Shown: piece after piece, positions 1-8,435 of the stretch | Position numbering within the stretch: the stretch's first letter is position 1 | Layout of the letters: the number at the start of each line of letters is the position of its first letter | Assembly: GCA_038735125.1 (NCBI GenBank) | Contig: JAVYNU010000007.1 | Location: forward strand, 60,546-92,545 | Length of the DNA stretch: 32,000 bases | Reading direction: 5' to 3' | DNA from: Ignisphaera sp. | GTDB taxonomy: Archaea; Thermoproteota; Thermoprotei_A; Sulfolobales; Ignisphaeraceae | Made by a program: the position numbers and the translations under genes | The notes under the pieces: model-generated | Told to the model about the DNA's origin: nothing | The model's input: only the letters and a program-made list of their open reading frames with translations | Database searches by the model: none

Positions 1-31
1 TTTTAAACTTTCTTTAATTAGATCAAAACCT

Positions 32-319
32 TTGCCCCAAATCACATTCGTCATAGCTAATAGAGAATTTGATGTCTATGGGACAAACGGTGTTGTGACA
101 GTTGTTGGGGAGGCCAGGACGAGGGTTGGGGCGAAAACTGTTAGGAGAGTTGTTGAGATGGTTGGGGAGGCTAGGAGGGCCCAGCCAGAGAGGTTCCCGG
201 GTAAAATAGTTGTTGTAGTGTATTGTTTGAGGGCAACACCAGATGCTGTTGAGGAGGCTAGAAAGCTTGGTGTGTGGCTGGTTGAGTCTGGTAGGGAGAA
301 GACGGAGCTGAGGATGTGA
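32..319 (+). CDS. hypothetical small protein (95 aa)
   Basis: Uninterrupted ORF with a TTG start, preceded by in-frame stops. The product is Val/Arg/Glu/Gly-rich (FDVYG...VVGEARTRVG). I cannot name a family. A PD-(D/E)xK-like D...E-x-R spacing is only a guess. Confidence 0.4.
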   Translation: MPQITFVIANREFDVYGTNGVVTVVGEARTRVGAKTVRRVVEMVGEARRAQPERFPGKIVVVVYCLRATPDAVEEARKLGVWLVESGREKTELRM

Positions 320-517
320 AGAGATTTTCTGTAGCCATCATCTACTGTAGGCATAGAAGTGATGGCACTAAACCTGTGCCTATCATTGGTGGTGGGCAGG
401 GTCTAGGGTAGCCAGTTGTGTTGTGGCCGCATCTATACATCTATTATACATCTATTTATGTAGCTAGATAATTGTTGTTTATTTGGCTTCTCCGGAAATA
501 TCTTTGGTGGTGGGACT

Positions 518-1294
518 TTGAGGATTCTCGTAATATCTGATGTTCATGGCAATGCAGATGCGCTTAGAGCCGTTTTGGAGAGTGCTAGTGGATGGGACTA
601 TGTATGGGTTTTAGGGGATTTGGTCGACTATGGCCCCGAGCCCCACATGGTCATCGACATGGTTAGAGATCTTAGGCCAGATGCAATTGTTGTGGGCAAC
701 CACGACTATGCTGTTGCCTATGGCGTTGACTGTAGATGTGGCCCGGCTATCCACGAGCTTAGTGTTTATACAAGGGAGTTCATATCCAAGAGGCTCTTGT
801 CTAGAGAGCAGATCGAGTGGCTGAAGAGCCTGCCAACAAAAGTTGTTAGAGAGGTCTCCGGAAAAAAGATTTGTCTTGTCCACGGAAGCCCCAGAAACCC
901 TCTCTACGGATATCTAGAGCCAGATCTGCCGACCACGGTTCTTAGAGAGCAGCTCTCAGAATCAAAGTTCTCACTCGGCAAAAGGGCGAGGCCGGTAGAT
1001 GCACACACTGTTCTTGTTGGACACACGCATAAGCCGATGAAGACAGAGGTAGACGGGGTACTAGTCCTCAACCCAGGTAGCTGTGGACAGCCCAGAGACG
1101 GAGACCCAAGAGCATCTTTCGCCATATTCGATCCAGAGACAAACACATTCACAATACATAGAGTCAAATACGATGTAGAAAAAGTTATTGAAAAACTAAA
1201 ACAGCTGCAACTAGAAAACCTCTACACAGCATGGCTAGCAAACATCCTTAGAAAAGGCGTTGCCCTAGACAAACAAAGTGTTGAAGCCAAATAA
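518..1294 (+). CDS. calcineurin-like metallophosphoesterase (YfcE/MJ0936-type)
   Basis: Ordered phosphoesterase motifs are present: ISDVHGN, GDLVDYGPEP, GNHD, VHGSP, GHTH. The start is TTG, preceded by a GGTGGTGGG Shine-Dalgarno-like run. Confidence 0.9.
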   Translation: MRILVISDVHGNADALRAVLESASGWDYVWVLGDLVDYGPEPHMVIDMVRDLRPDAIVVGNHDYAVAYGVDCRCGPAIHELSVYTREFISKRLLSREQIEWLKSLPTKVVREVSGKKICLVHGSPRNPLYGYLEPDLPTTVLREQLSESKFSLGKRARPVDAHTVLVGHTHKPMKTEVDGVLVLNPGSCGQPRDGDPRASFAIFDPETNTFTIHRVKYDVEKVIEKLKQLQLENLYTAWLANILRKGVALDKQSVEAK

Positions 1295-1312
1295 AATACC
1301 TTTTTGAGACTC

Positions 1313-1729
1313 TCAAGCCCATACCGTTGCTATAGTGCTTTTAACTTTGTGAGCTACTGCTATTACTGCTGGGTCTACCATGCCCAGTCTCCTACTTCTA
1401 AGAGTTACATCTTCTGCTTCTGCAAGCATCTTATCCCCCTCGATCTTTATTTTAGCGGCCTTGATATAGTCGTTGAGATCTAGCTCCACTATCTTGAAGT
1501 AGCTTCTAAGATATGTTACAAGCTCGTCAATGTTTTTAAGCCCTGGTATCCTCTCCCTCAACCAGTGCACAACATATTCATATAGAACTGTGGCCGGTAT
1601 TAAACCATCTATATCTCCTCTGCGAATACCCTCAAGCACATTCCTCACGCTGTTCCCTACTTCATCGTATGCTATGGCTAGGGGGGTATAGGTATCAATA
1701 ACTACTTTTCTGGATCCCTCTCTCTCCAA
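1313..1729 (-). CDS. vapC: PIN-domain ribonuclease toxin (VapC-like)
   Basis: N-terminal VVIDTY acidic motif and PIN-like length. It overlaps the upstream AbrB-type antitoxin gene by 28 nt. The C-terminus ends ...STIATVWA without the usual final T-x-D motif, so it may be truncated. Confidence 0.7.
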   Translation of the reverse strand: MEREGSRKVVIDTYTPLAIAYDEVGNSVRNVLEGIRRGDIDGLIPATVLYEYVVHWLRERIPGLKNIDELVTYLRSYFKIVELDLNDYIKAAKIKIEGDKMLAEAEDVTLRSRRLGMVDPAVIAVAHKVKSTIATVWA

Positions 1730-1959
1730 AACTCTTCCTCCTCGCGATCAAGCTCCAACTCAGCTTCCTCGGCTGATCCCCTCCCCTTTGCACACCCCCA
1801 GACCCTGTCCCACAGATCCACAGGCTTCAAAACAATTCTGTTGCCCTCCACAGAAACCTCTAGAAGCATGCTCTCCTCAATACCAGCCTCCTCACGAATA
1901 CTCTTAGGCAAAACTATTACACCCTTCTTATGAACCCTAACAACAACCACAACAAACAC
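1702..1959 (-). CDS. vapB: AbrB/SpoVT-family antitoxin (VapB-like)
   Basis: Swapped-hairpin motif VHKKGVIVLPKSIREEAGIEE...RIVLKPV and an acidic C-terminal tail. GTG start. Sits directly upstream of, and overlaps, the PIN gene. Confidence 0.8.
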   Translation of the reverse strand: MFVVVVVRVHKKGVIVLPKSIREEAGIEESMLLEVSVEGNRIVLKPVDLWDRVWGCAKGRGSAEEAELELDREEEEFWRERDPEK

Positions 1960-2341
1960 CTAAGTAGATACATATCGAAAATAACTAATAGGTTTAGCCA
2001 AAATGCCAACCCATAAGCTAGTCCACGGAACCTCCACACTACTGAACTCTTCGCTGAGACAACACATATTTGATTTCATCAAACAGTTGCTATGAGCTTT
2101 AGAGATATCAGGGTCTGTGTTCGTGTAGAACAGCTAAGCTTGTTGGGAAGAGATATTCTTCTGCATAGTGTTTACAACATCTCTGAGGCCAGCCCCACCA
2201 CTGGTTACGCACCAGGCCAAGGCCTTGGAATACATTCTCAATCACTTATCAAAAGCTATAGAGTCTAGCTAGAAACTATTGTTATTTTGCTGTAGCATAC
2301 TTTAATTTTTTAGAGCATATGTATTGGTTGGGTGTGGCCAG

Positions 2342-2545
2342 ATGTCTAAAGTTGTGCGTGCAAGATATGAGAAGGGGGTTCTCAAGCCTCTTGAGCCGCT
2401 TGAGCTAAGCGACGGTGAAGTGGTTTTGGTTAGAGTTGAAAGAATTGAGGATAGAGAAAAAGTTGTGGAGGAGTTCTACGGGAAGAGGGGGTCTGCTCCT
2501 AAAGAGCTTCTTGACGAGTTTATGCTTGAGGCTGAGGCACAGTGA
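2342..2545 (+). CDS. small antitoxin of the archaeal DUF104/AF2212-like type
   Basis: MSKVVRARYEKGVLKPLEPLELSDGEVVLVRVE matches the characteristic YENGVLKPLEPL-type N-terminus. I chose the ATG at 2342; the ORF track begins at 2324. Its stop overlaps the start of the downstream PIN gene. Confidence 0.7.
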   Translation: MSKVVRARYEKGVLKPLEPLELSDGEVVLVRVERIEDREKVVEEFYGKRGSAPKELLDEFMLEAEAQ

Positions 2546-2991
2546 TGATATTAGATGCAAATGCGATTGTGTATTACCTTCACGGCGTCGAGCCATATGC
2601 TTCAAAGGTAAAGCAGGTAATAGTTAAGAGAGAAGATTTGGCTGTAACCCTTAGGATAGTTGATGAAGTGGTATTCACCCTAATCAGGCTTGAGGCGTGG
2701 AGAAGGCATGGACTTAGAAAACTAGGTGAATTAAGAGATTACATAAGGAGACATGGTCTCAAAGAATTCTATGATGTTATCAACGATTTTGAAGAATTCA
2801 TATACAAACTTGGTATACAGGTGCTAGAGGATAGAGGCAGTTTCACAGATCTTCTAGAGACTATGAGAAGATATGATCTCCTCCCAGGAGATGCCCTAAT
2901 TGCTACAACAGCTAAACACTATGGTATAGACACTATACTTACATTTGACGAAGACTTTAAAAGAGTGCCGTGGCTTAAGGTGGTTCCATAA
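2542..2991 (+). CDS. vapC: PIN-domain toxin (VapC-like)
   Basis: ILDANAIVYY at the N-terminus, with GDALIATTA and TFDEDF near the C-terminus (the PIN acidic quartet). GTG/ATG start overlaps the antitoxin stop (GTGATGA). Confidence 0.8.
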   Translation: MMILDANAIVYYLHGVEPYASKVKQVIVKREDLAVTLRIVDEVVFTLIRLEAWRRHGLRKLGELRDYIRRHGLKEFYDVINDFEEFIYKLGIQVLEDRGSFTDLLETMRRYDLLPGDALIATTAKHYGIDTILTFDEDFKRVPWLKVVP

Positions 2992-3176
2992 ACAGCGTCT
3001 CTCCTTATTGCTAAAGATAGTGTGTCTTGAGGTGTAATTGCATTGGATTTGATTTTCTTTCTCTCTTCTTTATCTAAGTCTGATCATAGCAAATAGGGTG
3101 TGCAATACCTAGTAAAGCCCTGAAAACCATGGAAAGCCTAACAAAATTGTAACTCAGCAAGTTTCCAATGCTAGTT

Positions 3177-3548
3177 CTACGTCTGCTGTTGTGTTCTCTT
3201 CATAATGGCTCTTATGGGTCTTAGCTCCCTTTTGAATGGATCTAGGATTAGACCGAATATCTCGAGTGTTACAATGCCCAGTAGATTCTCGTCTTCACTC
3301 TCGCCAAGGACTATAGGTGTATGTCTTTCCCCAAAGCCGGGTAGCTCAAGCAGAGCCTCGGATATCTGTCTTCGAATAACTGTTCCATCGGCTAGCACAA
3401 ACTCCATTTCGCCTTTGGGCTCCAGCCCAAGGAACTCCCAAACAGATTTGGTTAACACAGTATATGTTGCGCCAGAATCAACTAGAAACCTGACCCTAGC
3501 ACTTTTACCTCCATACTTGACAATACCGTCAATATACACCAAGCCCAT
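3177..3548 (-). CDS. retropepsin-like (clan AA) aspartic protease
   Basis: FLVDSGATYTVL active-site D-S-G-A motif in a 123-aa protein, followed by a LLGIVTLE flap/dimerisation-like segment. Confidence 0.7.
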   Translation of the reverse strand: MGLVYIDGIVKYGGKSARVRFLVDSGATYTVLTKSVWEFLGLEPKGEMEFVLADGTVIRRQISEALLELPGFGERHTPIVLGESEDENLLGIVTLEIFGLILDPFKRELRPIRAIMKRTQQQT

Positions 3549-3692
3549 GCACTAAATCCCTTCTATACAATTCTTGGTAAACAGATTTAAAATCTATTCT
3601 CAGCATTTTTGTTATATTGGCAAAATATCATGCCCGTTGTTATATCAGAAAGATTTTTATTTGGATCTAACCATCTATGTTTTGTGGTATCT

Positions 3693-4163
3693 ATGGAGGG
3701 CTATCTGGATCTGTTTAGGGAAATGGCTAGGAGGGAGAAGGAGTATTCTGAAGCTCTACAGAATTTGGGTAATAGGATTGCCCATCCAACTCTAAGAGCA
3801 ATCTTCATTGCTATTGCTAATGACAGTTTAAAGCATTCAAAACTTTACGAAGCAATTGTAGAGCTGTTGTCAAATCCCCAGCCAATTTTATCTGAAGCTG
3901 AGCTAGAGGCTATATCCAAGGAGATTGAGAGACATATAGAGACGGAGGCTAGGATGATTGAAGTTGCTAAAAAGGCTCTTCAGGAAAGTTATGATGCTAG
4001 GATAAAGCTTATTCTATCTGCTATTCTAAGTGATGAGGTTGAACACCACAAGGTGCTGGTTGATATAAGAGATAATCTAGCCAAGAAAGAGGCTGCTACA
4101 GAAGAAGATGTTTGGGAGCTTATATGGAGAGATAGCCCGTGGCGTGGAACGCCAGGTGGCTAG
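3693..4163 (+). CDS. ferritin-like / rubrerythrin-like four-helix protein, function unknown
   Basis: Helical, Glu-rich sequence with possible metal motifs (NDSLKHSKLYE, ETEARMIE, SDEVEHHKVL). I chose the ATG at 3693 because the 5' extension from 3609 is hydrophobic and low-complexity. Confidence 0.45.
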   Translation: MEGYLDLFREMARREKEYSEALQNLGNRIAHPTLRAIFIAIANDSLKHSKLYEAIVELLSNPQPILSEAELEAISKEIERHIETEARMIEVAKKALQESYDARIKLILSAILSDEVEHHKVLVDIRDNLAKKEAATEEDVWELIWRDSPWRGTPGG

Positions 4164-4831
4164 ACAACATCCTTGCATATGCCTGTCAACATAGTCTGTA
4201 TCCTTTTTAGAACACCCTCGAATATATCCACATATATTTTCTGTTGAATAAACATCCTCGCCTTAACCTCGAAATCCCTAGCGTCTTTGCACAACTCCAC
4301 AATATGCCTTCTCCTCATATCATCATCTAGAGGCTTCTCCACCTGGATCTTTGGATTCCCCTCCATAAACCCCTCCGGATAATACCAGTCTTTAAACCAT
4401 GTAAACCCGTTCTCAAGAAGCATGAAACCAAGTCTGGTTAGATGTGGTGGCACACCAATTTCTAGAGCTTTCCACGTCTCCCTATCATATACATACTCTA
4501 TGAACAGCCTCTCCCCAGGGTTTATATACCTAGACAGGCAGTCTATGAGCATCTTCTCCTCTGCAGAATTAACAAAAACGTATTTGGCCGAGCCAAAATC
4601 TGCTACAGGATTTATTGAGAAAACTTCTACCCATTTCCTATAGAAAGGTGGTCTACCATCAAAAATCTTTAAAACCATTAGCCTTTGCCAAGAGCTTCCA
4701 CACCCAATATAAAGCTCTATCGCCTTTTCCTCGGGAAACCTCCCCCTCTTCTCCAAAGCCTTAAACCCAAAACCCCTCAGCGATCTAAAGACATCTATAC
4801 AAGGTATCTGCATACTCATACCATCTTTCAA
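4160..4831 (-). CDS. conserved archaeal hypothetical protein (possibly DUF1122-like)
   Basis: Long clean ORF of 223 aa with a globular-looking composition (WFKDWYYPEGFMEGNPKI). The family assignment is from memory and is not reliable. Confidence 0.5.
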   Translation of the reverse strand: MKDGMSMQIPCIDVFRSLRGFGFKALEKRGRFPEEKAIELYIGCGSSWQRLMVLKIFDGRPPFYRKWVEVFSINPVADFGSAKYVFVNSAEEKMLIDCLSRYINPGERLFIEYVYDRETWKALEIGVPPHLTRLGFMLLENGFTWFKDWYYPEGFMEGNPKIQVEKPLDDDMRRRHIVELCKDARDFEVKARMFIQQKIYVDIFEGVLKRIQTMLTGICKDVV

Positions 4832-5040
4832 TACACTCCTAAATATTCAAAATAAGACAAGTGCTTGAATAAATAATAAACTTTGTCGATAAAACATCGT
4901 TAAATAGGCAACAAATTGCTGTGGCTGGTTCTGTGAAGAAATCTTTTGTGCTGGGCTACTTGGCATATTCAAAAATCGATTTGGTTTATCTATCATCAAT
5001 TTTTATATTTGCCCTGCCCAATTTTTTTTAAGGTGTTTAA

Positions 5041-6045
5041 ATGTCTGTGGGAACCTCATTTAGATTGGCTTTTCCTAGAAAAAGAGCTGGGAGGGAGATA
5101 TATGACTGTGTTGTTGTTGGGGCTGGCCCTGCTGGGCTAACAGCAGCCATTTACCTGGCTAGATTTGGTTTAAAGACTGTTGTTGTTACCAAGGATATTG
5201 GGGGGAAGATGGCTATAGCCCCGCTGGTTGATGACTATCCTGGTGTTCCTGAGGTTCCTGGAGGTAGGCTTGCAAGTCTTTTTGAGGCTCATGTGCGCAA
5301 GTTTGGTGTTGATATTGTTGCTGGGAATCCAATGGATAATCTTAGGAGAGAGGGAGACCTATGGTGTGTTGAAACTGTTAATGGAGATGTCTTTTGCGGC
5401 TATGCCGTTATAATTGCTATTGGATGTGAGAAAAGAAAGCTTGGTGTTCCTGGAGAGGATAGGCTGGTCGGAAAAGGGGTTTCCTACTGCGCTGTTTGCG
5501 ACGCTCCATTCTTTAAAGACAAGGTTGTTGCTGTTGTTGGTGGCGGAGACTCTGCATTATCTAGCGCTATCCACCTTGCATCCTATGCTAAAAAGGTCTA
5601 TATCATCCATAGAAGAGATAGGTTCAGGGCCTTCCAAGCCTATGTAGAAAAGGTTTTGAATGAGCCAAAAATAGAGCTTCTTCTAAATACAGTAGTTGTT
5701 GAGATAATCGGGAAAGACAGGGTTGAGGCTGCGAAGATCAGAAACGTTGTTAGCGGTGAGGAGAGGATTCTACCCATAGACGGAGTATTCATCGAAATTG
5801 GGTCAGAGCCCCCAGTAAACATTTTGAAGAAGATTGGACTGGAGCTCGATGAAAAGGGCTACATAGCTGTAAAACCAGATATGAGCACAAACCTGCCAGG
5901 GGTTTTCGCGGCAGGCGATGTTGCTGGAGGGCCGTGCAAAAAGAGATTCGAGCAAATAGTTGTTGCAGCAGCTGAGGGGGCTCTTGCGGCAGACTCTGTC
6001 TACCACTATATCCTAAGTCTGAGAAAAGGTGGTGAACACAGGTAG
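5041..6045 (+). CDS. trxB: thioredoxin reductase (FAD pyridine nucleotide-disulfide oxidoreductase)
   Basis: FAD site YDCVVVGAGPAGLTAA, redox-active CAVCD, NAD(P)H site VVGGGDSA plus HRRDRFRA, and C-terminal GDVAG. Confidence 0.9.
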   Translation: MSVGTSFRLAFPRKRAGREIYDCVVVGAGPAGLTAAIYLARFGLKTVVVTKDIGGKMAIAPLVDDYPGVPEVPGGRLASLFEAHVRKFGVDIVAGNPMDNLRREGDLWCVETVNGDVFCGYAVIIAIGCEKRKLGVPGEDRLVGKGVSYCAVCDAPFFKDKVVAVVGGGDSALSSAIHLASYAKKVYIIHRRDRFRAFQAYVEKVLNEPKIELLLNTVVVEIIGKDRVEAAKIRNVVSGEERILPIDGVFIEIGSEPPVNILKKIGLELDEKGYIAVKPDMSTNLPGVFAAGDVAGGPCKKRFEQIVVAAAEGALAADSVYHYILSLRKGGEHR

Positions 6046-6070
6046 CGGATGTTGTAAAGCAAAATACAAG

Positions 6071-6098
6071 TATAGAAAACTTTCATAATAGAAAACTT
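6071..6098. repeat. direct repeat ATAGAAAACTTT x2 (6071-6082 and 6087-6098) upstream of rubrerythrin
   Basis: Read directly from the sequence. The second copy abuts a TTTATAT TATA-like element about 35 nt upstream of the ATG at 6137. Confidence 0.5.
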
Positions 6099-6136
6099 TA
6101 TATGAGATCTTCTTGAATGGTCTACTGGGTGAAAAA

Positions 6137-6697
6137 ATGGTTAGATCAATGACAAAAGATGCGCTTCTATCGGCTTTTGCAGGGGAGTCCATGGCCCATA
6201 TGAGATATCTCATATTTGCTGATATCGCAGAGAGAGAAGGTTTCAAGAATGTTTCGAGACTCTTCAAAGCTATAGCATATGCTGAGCAAGTCCATGCATC
6301 TAACCACTATAGAGTGTTGAGAGACTATAAAGAAGATGCAAAAGTCTATTCAGGAACCCCCATAGGACCCGGCAACACGAGTAAGAATCTTGAGCTTGCC
6401 ATAGCCGGAGAAGAGTATGAGGTCAAGGAAATGTATCCAGTGTTTCTAGAGATTGCAAGATACCAAGGAGAGGCAGAGGCTGAGAAAAGCTTTTCCTATG
6501 CGTACCAGGCAGAACAAATACATGCATCACTTTATAAACAGGCCAAGGAATATGTGGATAAAGGGCAAGACCTTCCACTAAAACCCGAGGAAAAGATTTG
6601 GATATGCCCAGTATGCGGCCATACAATAATTGGTGCAGAACCGCCAGAGAAATGCCCTGTTTGCGGAGCACCGAAAAATAGATATGTTGGATTCTAA
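6137..6697 (+). CDS. rbr: rubrerythrin
   Basis: Diiron four-helix motifs (GESMAHMRY, AYAEQVHASNH, GEEYEV, AYQAEQIHASLY) plus a C-terminal rubredoxin-like CPVCG...CPVCG. I chose the ATG at 6137. Confidence 0.9.
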   Translation: MVRSMTKDALLSAFAGESMAHMRYLIFADIAEREGFKNVSRLFKAIAYAEQVHASNHYRVLRDYKEDAKVYSGTPIGPGNTSKNLELAIAGEEYEVKEMYPVFLEIARYQGEAEAEKSFSYAYQAEQIHASLYKQAKEYVDKGQDLPLKPEEKIWICPVCGHTIIGAEPPEKCPVCGAPKNRYVGF

Positions 6698-6710
6698 ACA
6701 AAATAAAATC

Positions 6711-6717
6711 TTTTTTT
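6711..6717 (+). terminator. oligo-T tract (T7) downstream of rubrerythrin
   Basis: TTTTTTT lies 14 nt after the rbr stop. Archaeal terminators are typically oligo-T runs. This is positional inference only. Confidence 0.3.
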
Positions 6718-6791
6718 AAACCTAATAAAACTAGTAAATAGAAGTCTGTCAATTCTTGCATATTTAATCTGACACCAGTTTCAGCTAGTAT

Positions 6792-7529
6792 GTGGTGAAG
6801 ACCATTTCCCAGAACCTTATAACGCTTAGAGATTTGTTGGAGTGTTGCATTGTTGAGAGGATATCTAGATTCACTGTGGTTGTAGATATTGGCGGTGCTG
6901 AGGCAGTAGCTTATCTAAACAATACAGGTAGGCTTGAAGGCTACTTGGCTAGAGGCAGAAAAGGTTTTTGCATACCTTTGGAGAGGGGTAGAGCTAGATA
7001 CAGACTTGTTGGCGTAGAAGACAATGGGTATGCAGCTCTAGTTGACACCAGGCTCCATGAGAAATCCTTTGAAGAACTTGTGGCCAGAGATGCTATCCCA
7101 TGGCTAAGAAACTGTGCATTGATTAGAAGAGGCTATCCTCTACACAGCTCTAGAATAGACTATGAATTGGAATGCAGAAACAAAACCACTCTAGTTGAGC
7201 TCAAGAGCGCTGTTATGAGGTTTCCCGACAACTTCACTGGGTACCCCGATGCACCAACACCTAGAGGAAGAAAACACATCGAAGCACTAGCAAAATTTGT
7301 TTCAGGTGGAGACAGAGATGCATATGTGGTTTTCGTTGCTGGCATACCAAACGCAAAGGGGTTTAGACTCAACTGTCACATAGATAAAGATATCTGCAAA
7401 AGCATTGAAAATGCATTAGAAAATGGGGTTAAATTCAAGTCAATCAACATCTATCTAGACCCATATTTAAAAAACATTGTTTTTGGAGATCTGGATCTCC
7501 ATGTCGATTTTAGTTGTTGCGGTCTCTAG
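6792..7529 (+). CDS. sfsA: SfsA-family (sugar fermentation stimulation protein homolog) nuclease-fold protein
   Basis: RISRFTVVV (OB-like N-terminus), AYLNNTGRL, SRIDYELE, LVELKSAV, FPDAPTPRGRKHIEAL: the typical SfsA motifs in order. Confidence 0.85.
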   Translation: MVKTISQNLITLRDLLECCIVERISRFTVVVDIGGAEAVAYLNNTGRLEGYLARGRKGFCIPLERGRARYRLVGVEDNGYAALVDTRLHEKSFEELVARDAIPWLRNCALIRRGYPLHSSRIDYELECRNKTTLVELKSAVMRFPDNFTGYPDAPTPRGRKHIEALAKFVSGGDRDAYVVFVAGIPNAKGFRLNCHIDKDICKSIENALENGVKFKSINIYLDPYLKNIVFGDLDLHVDFSCCGL

Positions 7530-7741
7530 CTATACAAAGTTGGGCAGAAAGAGATGTCAATCCTAATACGTCTCGAAAATGTGTTGTCAAGGCTAGGTCT
7601 ACTTAAATTATAAATATTGTAACAATAAAGTAGAGAGGAATGCTAAAATGCTGTTACCTTACACAACGCTACCTTCTTTACAAAACATGGCTATTTCATT
7701 TAACCCGCCCAGCTACAAAAAATCGAGTCTTTTTCAACACT

Positions 7742-8302
7742 TTACCGTATTAGAATAGATTCTAAATCGTTTATGCTTCTAATTAGTTCTTCATGTTTTC
7801 CATGGCCTATTCTTTCCTCTTCTATTCTCTCAAATTCTTCAACTAACTCTCTATCTGTGTCATAATCTAGTACCTGTGTTGCTAGTTGGAATAGAATGTT
7901 ATCTTCTTTGAAAATGTGATTTCTCAGAAGGTTGATGTAGCCATAGGCATTTTCTACAATATCTTGTAGAGCACTAGCATCGCCTGAATAGAATTTTTCT
8001 ATGCTATCCTCAAGATTTTTTATATACCTTCTGCCCATATCATGCTCATATAGCATAACGCCTATAGGGCCGCCCTCTTTTGGAATTCCCAATCTTTCTA
8101 ATGTCGGGAAGAAGGCGCTCTCCTCTTTTCCATGGTGACACCTATCAGCAAATAGTTTGAAGAATGTGATTAAGGTTTCAAAGACTTTTCTATCAACATT
8201 TTTCCCTTGCTGTAATTTAATTACCGAATTTTCAAGCAACTGCAAGGCCTTCTCTATAACTCTATGGTCATTCATGAGGAGCTCTATAGACCTCAAATTC
8301 AT
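7742..8302 (-). CDS. hemerythrin-like (HHE cation-binding) domain protein
   Basis: LMNDHRVIEKAL, DRCHHGKEE, MLYEHDMGRRY and NHIFKEDNILF: the His/Glu ligand pattern of hemerythrin-like domains. Confidence 0.8.
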   Translation of the reverse strand: MNLRSIELLMNDHRVIEKALQLLENSVIKLQQGKNVDRKVFETLITFFKLFADRCHHGKEESAFFPTLERLGIPKEGGPIGVMLYEHDMGRRYIKNLEDSIEKFYSGDASALQDIVENAYGYINLLRNHIFKEDNILFQLATQVLDYDTDRELVEEFERIEEERIGHGKHEELIRSINDLESILIR

Positions 8303-8435
8303 CTCCCATATTGTCTATCTCTACAAAAACACTTTTATGTTTTGCCTTCATAACAATCTGGAACAACAAAACAAAACAGTGTTACAACATTCAGATTTAA
8401 AAGGTGGTAAAGAATAACACGAAACTATGTAAAGG

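Noticed and set aside
431-455. Three closely spaced ATCTAT units (431-436, 439-444, 450-455) upstream of the metallophosphoesterase gene.
   Set aside because: These are short, imperfect, AT-rich and low-complexity. They are most simply part of a TATA-rich promoter region and are not long or regular enough to be a CRISPR-like or satellite repeat.
1960-2341. A 380-bp gap with short ORF fragments (for example minus-strand MYSKALAWCVTSGGAGLRDVVNTMQKNISSQQA) that might be gene debris or a small RNA.
   Set aside because: There is no recognisable protein motif, no C/D-box (RTGATGA...CTGA) pairing and no stable GC-rich helices. The evidence is insufficient for any call.
3609-3692. The 5' extensions offered by the ORF track for several genes (3609, 6113, 12744, 18793, 20231, 27201, 18478, 2324).
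   Set aside because: In each case the extension is hydrophobic or low-complexity, has no family similarity and usually begins at a TTG. An internal ATG with a GGTG/GGAGG-like element, or with the canonical family N-terminus, is a better start.
3693-4163. The ferritin-like protein ends in ...GTPGG. I considered it as a diglycine-terminated substrate or carrier for the E1-like enzyme.
   Set aside because: It is about 156 aa and all-helical, not a beta-grasp of 70-100 aa. It lies 11 kb away from the E1 gene, in an unrelated neighbourhood. A terminal GG alone is not evidence.
7470-7484. The palindrome AAAAACA-T-TGTTTTT, and a related AACATTGTT core at about 31886-31894, both resembling the AACA-N-TGTT core of the candidate operator.
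   Set aside because: Both lie inside coding regions (the sfsA 3' end and the RHH-protein gene), and their flanks do not match the ATAACA/TGTTAT arms. Chance occurrences are likely in AT-rich DNA. They are a warning that the short core alone is not specific.
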